A stretch of DNA of 64,000 nucleotides from Micavibrio sp. UBA2705 (GTDB taxonomy: Bacteria; Pseudomonadota; Alphaproteobacteria; Micavibrionales; Micavibrionaceae). The position numbers and the translations under genes are program-made. The notes beneath the pieces were generated by a model. The model saw nothing but the letters and a program-made list of their open reading frames with translations, searched no databases and had not been told where the DNA came from. The DNA lies in NCBI GenBank assembly GCA_002354205.1, contig DELD01000002.1, positions 15,496 to 79,495 of the forward strand, written 5' to 3'. The first letter of the stretch is position 1. Each line of letters begins with the position of its first letter. Below, piece after piece: positions 59,001 through 64,000 of the stretch.

Positions 59001-62000
59001 ATATTTACGCGCAGGCTGATACGGTAATTACTTTCAGCACGTTAATGGACAAAGACCATGGCGGACGCAACACGATCCTTCAAGGCTACGTCAATAATCT
59101 ACGTGAACAAAACGCGGCAAACGGCGTTGAAGAAGACACGAACGAGATCAAACAATTCCTCACCATGGTGAATATTGTCGCGACAACCTTCAGCGATGAT
59201 GAGCTTGAAGATGATCTCAAAGCGAAACAAATTGAAAAAATCCAAGGCTTGCTTGGCGCAATCAAAAACATCGCAGACACCCATGATGCGAGCGCTCTTA
59301 CCAGCTTCCTTAAATCAGACACATATCAAAATAATGTTGATGAATATTCAGTCTTTAGCCCTGCAAACCTTTTAAAGCAGTACCCAAGCGCTGAAAACAA
59401 CGCTATCGACATTATGTTTGCCGCGACAAATAATGATCCGCAAAAAGAACTCGCTTTCTTTGCTGAGATTGAAGAAATTTTCGCTGGCGACCATATTACA
59501 ATGGAATTTTACGAAGACATCATCGCCAAACACGCCCAAGACGAAGCCAAATGCGCCCGCATCCAAGGCTACGTTAGCGCCGCTGTCGATGGCAACTTAA
59601 CCGCCGCCGTTAACATCGCCGCATTAAACGTGATGATTGACGACGCCGCGCAAAAACCAAGCATGAAAAAGTTCAAAGCAATTGTTGATAGCGCAGAATT
59701 TCAAGCACTGGATGAAACAAACCGTGCCGCGATCATCAGCGCCGCGCCACAAGGCAAAGAAGACGGCCTATCCATCGCGCAGCAAATTATCCGTCTTGGC
59801 ACAAAGTCACATGAAAAAATGGCTGAAAACATCCAATATATTGGTGCGCAATTTGAAAACCAGACAACCACTGTTGAGATCCTTTACAGCGCCGCAGAAG
59901 TCATTGAAACTGATGCAAACAAAGCGCAATACATTGATTACGTGAAATTATCCGTTAATAACGAGAGCGAAGCGCTTAACGGTCTTGCAAAAGTTCAGGC
60001 GACAATCGCCAAAGCGGTAAAAGACAATGACATTGAGGCATTGCAAGGCTTAATCGCCGACCAAAGCTTAAAGGACCTTGGCACAGAGCGCCGTGAGAAA
60101 ATTTTATCGCAGCCACTTATTGGCGATAAAACATTGCTCAGCTTACTGGCTGAAAATGCCAACGGCGATATGGACGCGGAAATTAAAGCCTTCATCAACA
60201 CGTCAAAATCAATTGATGACCCAGAGCTTTTCAACCGCCTTGCAAATGCAACAATCGAGAATGCAGAGAATGCGGCGATGCGTACACGTTTTAGCGCCTA
60301 TGCGGAAATGATTAACAATAATGACGAAGAAGAAATCTATGCCAAGCTTGGCGCAACCAAAGCGATTAACGCCGCTTTAGAAAAACCAAACAAATTAAGC
60401 ATAGCGGCTCTAGCAAGCGATGAAGCTTTCACAAGCATCACGCAGTACGAAGCACACGCATTGTTTAAAAAACCCGCACTTGGCGAACAAAGCTTGTTTG
60501 CAGCGGCGCTTGGCAACGCAAAAACACCAAAAGACCACGCGCAGGCGGTACGTAGCCTTGCAGAGCTTTTCACCGATAGAGATTATACAAATGACCTCAT
60601 CTCACATTATGCGCATAGCATCGACGAGAGCGCACACTCAGCGTTGGTCATTGAGCGCTTAGACCTTTTGACGCGTATGGCATATAGTGAGGACGTCAGC
60701 CCAGAGCTAGTTACAAAACTCGGCACAGTCTTCACAGAAATTGACAAAGCCAAAGAAAAAGGCAGCCAAATTGCGCTGCGCAATATTTTATCATCTGCGG
60801 CCTATAAAGCACTTCCGGCCGGTTACCAAGAACGCTTTACCCAACAATCAGGCGAAGATAACATCCTGACAACATTACTCAACATGGCTAAAAATGACCC
60901 TGTGCAAGAAACAGAGCTTATTGCCGATATGATCGCCGCAACGCAAGGTGATGAAGGCGCAGCCTATAAACAAATCAGCACTTTGATAGACCGCAGCAAT
61001 AGCGACACACAGCGCGCACGCCTTGAAGATTACCGCGCCAGCCTCTATGCGAAAACATTAGAGGTAGACGGCAAAACCGTTGATCCTGCGCAAATTTCAA
61101 TGATTATCCCGCATGATCGTTGGTATTACCAAATCATCGGCAAGGATGGCGACACTTTACGCCGCCTTGACGAAGACGACAAAGCGCTTAAAAAATTACG
61201 TTTCTCTGATGCGATGCTCGCAGTTGGCGGCGGTAAGTATTACGCCAAGGAAGAAATTGGCTATGTCAGCTATAACGCGAAAAATCGTGAATTAGAAGTC
61301 TTCCACGTCACGCATACAGATGAAAAGCCTGTTTTCTCAACCCGCGAAATGGACAGCTATGACGCGGAAGAAATTATCAATAATTTGTGCAAGACATCTG
61401 GCTTTGTGACATTGCCAATAGCAGGCAAGCTCACAGGGTTGAATATCAACCGTATTCAAGGCGTGCATCACCTTAATGATAAGAACACTCTGAACTTAGA
61501 AACCATCACGGGCAGCCTTGCTTTGAAAAAAGTAAGCCGCGAAGCAGCGCGCCCATTACTGCGCGGTTTAGTACAAAGTGAAGCCTTTTTCCAAGATGAT
61601 GAAAACACGTTGTTTATCCGCAAAGATACGGCGCAAATCATCAGCCACAATGAAAAGAAGAGCACATTATTCGTCAAAGGACAGCACAAAAGCTTCACCT
61701 TGAAAAATGTAGACTTAGACGCTGGTTCAGACATCATTCTACGTGCAGAGCAAAACAGCGCCTTCACACAAGATGATAAAGACACAATCATCGCCAAAAA
61801 TGCTTTAGCCATGATTGGTTATGATGAAAACAAAGATGAATTGTTGTTGGCGATTTCTAAAGATGAGAAATTCACCAAATCTGTCTATAGCGCAAGCGAA
61901 GCACAGAATATCGTCACCGAATATGTTGAAAGCGGTAAATTCATCTGGAGAGATAGCCTTTCTGCAAGCAATATAAACCGCGTTGACAGCATTGAAATTG

Positions 62001-62629
62001 ACCCCGTGCTTGACAGCTACACCTTGTCACTCATCACAGGCGCAACCCTGTCTATTGACAATGTTTCCGCTGAAAACCTTGCGATATTCAAAAAAGCATT
62101 AGAACGCAACGCCAATATTCACAAGCTAAGCGATACCGCATATAATGTGCAGCAAGACAGCGCCGTCAAGCCATTGCTTGTGCCAAAACCATCACTAACA
62201 ACGCAGTTTAATGCTGCAGCGATTATTGATGAACTTGTCGCAAAATCAAGCATAGAGCGCGTACAATCCGCGATCGTAGCCTCTGCAAACTGGTTAGATA
62301 CCATGCATAGCGACGAAATGGATAATGATGGCGAAAGCGCGAAGATGCAGACACTCGGTGCATTACTGCTCAACGCTTATACAGCCCATGCTGATATTCC
62401 TGAAAATCTCGGCAAGCGCGCCGCAAATGATGCGCCAAAAACAAAAACGGCCAAAGCCGCCGTTAAGAAAGACGCATTATCAGCGCTGCAAGCTTCATTT
62501 AACCGCGCCGCACAAAGTGACGCGCCAAACGAAGCAAGCATAACAAAACAAATCGCCAATGATATTGCCAGCAACAACCCAGTGATGCAGCATTACCAAG
62601 AAGCGCTTGATCCGCTTGCAATAAAATAA
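56006..62629 (+). CDS. Giant (2207 aa) acidic repeat protein of unknown function
   Basis: One uninterrupted frame with an AAGGA RBS. No signal peptide or TM helix. About eleven ~120-aa helical repeats (aa ~370-1740) and five ~60-aa modules (aa ~1749-2050). Has its own terminator. Confidence 0.85.
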   Translation: MANQDNKATLTLDTADARSKISVLAEKSSPSTSDVDEAIKLFEMALTDAYTVAMNNHVYTEKLQDVMKKNHDALVDMTIKAKGDITADDLKAYTDQAVPQQDPNAKTTLIDIDHAQMLFIGDLTRYNDSTSGSPKSFTARRAESEAKRYESKLDQNGKKRDIEKEKLANDDSDFYRYYLYQAKIDDKPGTFSRSGTRQEFIAHIDELAGRCIPKANQYAKTYIQKAQDATQALVTKYQGVGAVSTLLETTVKNTLSAEQKDSFKLNHRAFYEAMVSSAVQAFVKSGEIKATKVLFTDKMSNNRPFIINALNLALTDAKQIDLSQESYIVGGLLADTLGNDYTVELLKTAIEYNEAAGKKINLPEFEATIKRFNDYIQIIEKDPLFQTHDERNEPTKTLINYNKTVATFAELSSYTVDGINEFLGGDALATVITPIKEELFASRYGADMNFLAYFIDHVKKSASHKNLPAAINEAAAIDQVTKATSPAFAQKLVLEISKKSNDPALKARMKDIAPLLDNYSEGAAVNYAKSAHALKEAVLRKRPDVVLKLTSQDYVQGIFTDERIKLMLRNTEYKNENSKPIKALYDYAQKDSVALAETLSGLAGMSTSSDEQQSYIKALHALAEGNNKDFQTQLENYVGVLKNHDGATLMNLAKTQQIVASKFNPENTESLNSFLASPELDSLPEDVQTMAINEDITSQMLIGMLRESGDSVIKQAQSFDKISTLIKNETTTQRAFAAIIEKAESKPETAQRFNDYVTVLSAENGREILSDFAQSREDFYAALSNKNAEKLATLTLKTTTGASSDNKALDAQLSALVLTDGNLKSSIDVMLSAAGNGTTQKVKYLALIATTNHADSVFEHVLASAQSDNEKNRLAALINLIQGEDANAPQAYAALDENITALLKNGDTNGLREFLASDAFAQSDLPESAVQSLVAQPLDNGKNIPEMVLAYKADDAEQLAQNLSAISGYISNETRLEMLQKQDSNTGFDVFTTLMHGKDIYAQADTVITFSTLMDKDHGGRNTILQGYVNNLREQNAANGVEEDTNEIKQFLTMVNIVATTFSDDELEDDLKAKQIEKIQGLLGAIKNIADTHDASALTSFLKSDTYQNNVDEYSVFSPANLLKQYPSAENNAIDIMFAATNNDPQKELAFFAEIEEIFAGDHITMEFYEDIIAKHAQDEAKCARIQGYVSAAVDGNLTAAVNIAALNVMIDDAAQKPSMKKFKAIVDSAEFQALDETNRAAIISAAPQGKEDGLSIAQQIIRLGTKSHEKMAENIQYIGAQFENQTTTVEILYSAAEVIETDANKAQYIDYVKLSVNNESEALNGLAKVQATIAKAVKDNDIEALQGLIADQSLKDLGTERREKILSQPLIGDKTLLSLLAENANGDMDAEIKAFINTSKSIDDPELFNRLANATIENAENAAMRTRFSAYAEMINNNDEEEIYAKLGATKAINAALEKPNKLSIAALASDEAFTSITQYEAHALFKKPALGEQSLFAAALGNAKTPKDHAQAVRSLAELFTDRDYTNDLISHYAHSIDESAHSALVIERLDLLTRMAYSEDVSPELVTKLGTVFTEIDKAKEKGSQIALRNILSSAAYKALPAGYQERFTQQSGEDNILTTLLNMAKNDPVQETELIADMIAATQGDEGAAYKQISTLIDRSNSDTQRARLEDYRASLYAKTLEVDGKTVDPAQISMIIPHDRWYYQIIGKDGDTLRRLDEDDKALKKLRFSDAMLAVGGGKYYAKEEIGYVSYNAKNRELEVFHVTHTDEKPVFSTREMDSYDAEEIINNLCKTSGFVTLPIAGKLTGLNINRIQGVHHLNDKNTLNLETITGSLALKKVSREAARPLLRGLVQSEAFFQDDENTLFIRKDTAQIISHNEKKSTLFVKGQHKSFTLKNVDLDAGSDIILRAEQNSAFTQDDKDTIIAKNALAMIGYDENKDELLLAISKDEKFTKSVYSASEAQNIVTEYVESGKFIWRDSLSASNINRVDSIEIDPVLDSYTLSLITGATLSIDNVSAENLAIFKKALERNANIHKLSDTAYNVQQDSAVKPLLVPKPSLTTQFNAAAIIDELVAKSSIERVQSAIVASANWLDTMHSDEMDNDGESAKMQTLGALLLNAYTAHADIPENLGKRAANDAPKTKTAKAAVKKDALSALQASFNRAAQSDAPNEASITKQIANDIASNNPVMQHYQEALDPLAIK

Positions 62630-62666
62630 GCTGCGCACAAAAATTATTATTACCGCCTAAACTTAC

Positions 62667-62718
62667 AAGCTGTGTCGACAGGAGCGCATTCTCCTTAAAG
62701 GCACAGCTTTTTCTTTTC
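62667..62718 (+). terminator. Rho-independent terminator after the giant gene
   Basis: Outer stem aagctgtg (62667-62674) / cacagctt (62702-62709). Inner stem aggag/ctcct. Followed by TTTCTTTT. Confidence 0.6.
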
Positions 62719-62756
62719 TGGCGTGGAACTTTAAATAAAACAGTAAGGCGCGTCCT

Positions 62757-64000
62757 TTAGCGTGTAAACACACCCACAATTTCAACGTGGCTGCTGTAAA
62801 CAAACTGGTCAACGCATTGCACGCTCTGCAGCGTATAGCCGCCCTGCACCAATGTTTGCGCATCGCGCGCAAAGCTTTTCGGGTTGCATGACACGCCAAT
62901 AACCAGCGGTACTTTTGACCCCGCTAATTGCTCGACCTGTTCCTTCGCACCAGCGCGCGGCGGGTCAAACACAACCGCATCATAGACATCAAGCTCCTTA
63001 ACGCTCAGCGGACGTTCAAATAAATTTCGTTCCTGCGTCGCAATGCCCATGCCGCCAGCAGCCTTTGCCAGCAAGGCAATCGGCTCTTCCGCAAATTCAT
63101 AAGCATCGACGGAGCCACGCTCAACCATTGAGCCTGCAAAACAGCCACTGCCCGAAAATAAGTCCGCGAAACGTGGTTTTTTCTTGGTAACGTGGCCATG
63201 TATCGCCCCCATCACCGCATCGACCAAGGCTTTTTCGCCCTCGGCGCTTGGCTGCATAAATGCCCCTGGGGGCAGCGCCACCTGCAAGCGGCCAAATCTT
63301 TTAATAAATGGGTCACGTTCAATCATGACATTCGGCGTATGAGAATCCTTCACGCGCCATGAAACGCGCGCAATATCAACACTCTGCGCTAGCTCTGCTA
63401 CCGCTTCCATGATCGCTAAATCCATCACACCTTTGCGGCTAGAAAGTTCGCCCGTAATCAGCATCTCTGCTTTATCTTCTGCCATTTGCATGAAAATGCT
63501 CGCGCGCTTACCTTCACGTAATAAACGTTTTAAATACGGCTTGCTCGCTTCTCTTTTCGCGTCAAGCTCAGGGCAGAGGATGAGACATTCGTCAATATTC
63601 GCAATTTTATGGCTACGCTGCTGATTATAGCCAAGCTTAATCTCTCCGCCATGCACAAGCGCGGACCAGCTCGCCCGCCGGCGCGTGCGTGATGGTACAA
63701 ATACAGGCGGCAATACTTCACCCGCCACAACGTCGCGGTATTTAAGCGCGCTATAAACCTGCTCGGTTTTCCAGTCTTGATACACATCTGGGCGGATATG
63801 CTGTAATTGGCAGCCGCCGCATTCTTCATAAAACGCACAAGGCGCTGCGGCGCGGCTTGCCCCGCCAGAAACCAATTCAACAACTTCACCGCGGTAAATA
63901 CCTTGTTTGTTTTTATGCGATTTCACCAGCATTTTATCGCCCGCGGCGCTGCGCGGTACATACACATTATGCCCGCCTTCAATCACGGCAATTCCATCGC
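62757..64000 (-). CDS. RumA/RlmD-family 23S rRNA (uracil-C5)-methyltransferase, N-terminus beyond the right edge
   Basis: Fe-S Cys cluster 'CAFYEECGGCQLQH', SAM fold 'DLFSGSG', 'VVFDPPRAGA', and catalytic Cys in 'VSCNP'. The frame stays open upstream of the GTG at 63986 ('DGIAVIEGG...' TRAM-like), so the gene is truncated by the window. Confidence 0.85.
   Translation of the reverse strand, partial: DGIAVIEGGHNVYVPRSAAGDKMLVKSHKNKQGIYRGEVVELVSGGASRAAAPCAFYEECGGCQLQHIRPDVYQDWKTEQVYSALKYRDVVAGEVLPPVFVPSRTRRRASWSALVHGGEIKLGYNQQRSHKIANIDECLILCPELDAKREASKPYLKRLLREGKRASIFMQMAEDKAEMLITGELSSRKGVMDLAIMEAVAELAQSVDIARVSWRVKDSHTPNVMIERDPFIKRFGRLQVALPPGAFMQPSAEGEKALVDAVMGAIHGHVTKKKPRFADLFSGSGCFAGSMVERGSVDAYEFAEEPIALLAKAAGGMGIATQERNLFERPLSVKELDVYDAVVFDPPRAGAKEQVEQLAGSKVPLVIGVSCNPKSFARDAQTLVQGGYTLQSVQCVDQFVYSSHVEIVGVFTR

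Overview
Dense chromosomal segment, about 60 genes on both strands. I assign it to an alphaproteobacterium from three cues: GcrA, the acpS-lepB-rnc-era string, and thrC-M16 peptidase-GNAT synteny. All calls rest on motif recognition in the supplied ORF translations and on reading the DNA. No database or HMM search was possible.

Housekeeping genes recognised: pepN, gyrB, gcrA, era, rnc, lepB, acpS, thrC, panB, hisC, fadE-like, ftsH-like, valS, ahcY and a RumA/RlmD-type rRNA methyltransferase (runs off the right edge).

Accessory or unusual content:
- An orphan 2207-aa giant protein (56006-62629) made of about eleven diverged ~120-residue helical repeats plus five ~60-residue modules. It has no recognisable catalytic or export motif and is my best candidate for something undescribed.
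- A single 865-aa ORF fusing all three parts of the uncharacterised AmmeMemoRadiSam system (radical SAM, Memo, AMMECR1). A tandem-DUF3592 membrane protein follows it.
- A BacNav-type voltage-gated channel with a Cav-like 'TLEGW' selectivity filter.
- An ECF sigma/anti-sigma pair embedded in a string of small exported proteins, including a His/Lys/Glu-rich periodic protein.
- A soluble chemoreceptor with three tandem PAS domains, broken by a 1-nt frameshift.
- A Rickettsia/archaeal-type ValRS.
- A sodium:solute symporter paired with a homocysteine S-methyltransferase.
- Several lipolytic or envelope-remodelling enzymes: DUF2235, patatin, an alpha/beta hydrolase and an LpxR-like protein.

No rRNA, tRNA, CRISPR array, transposase or integrase was seen.
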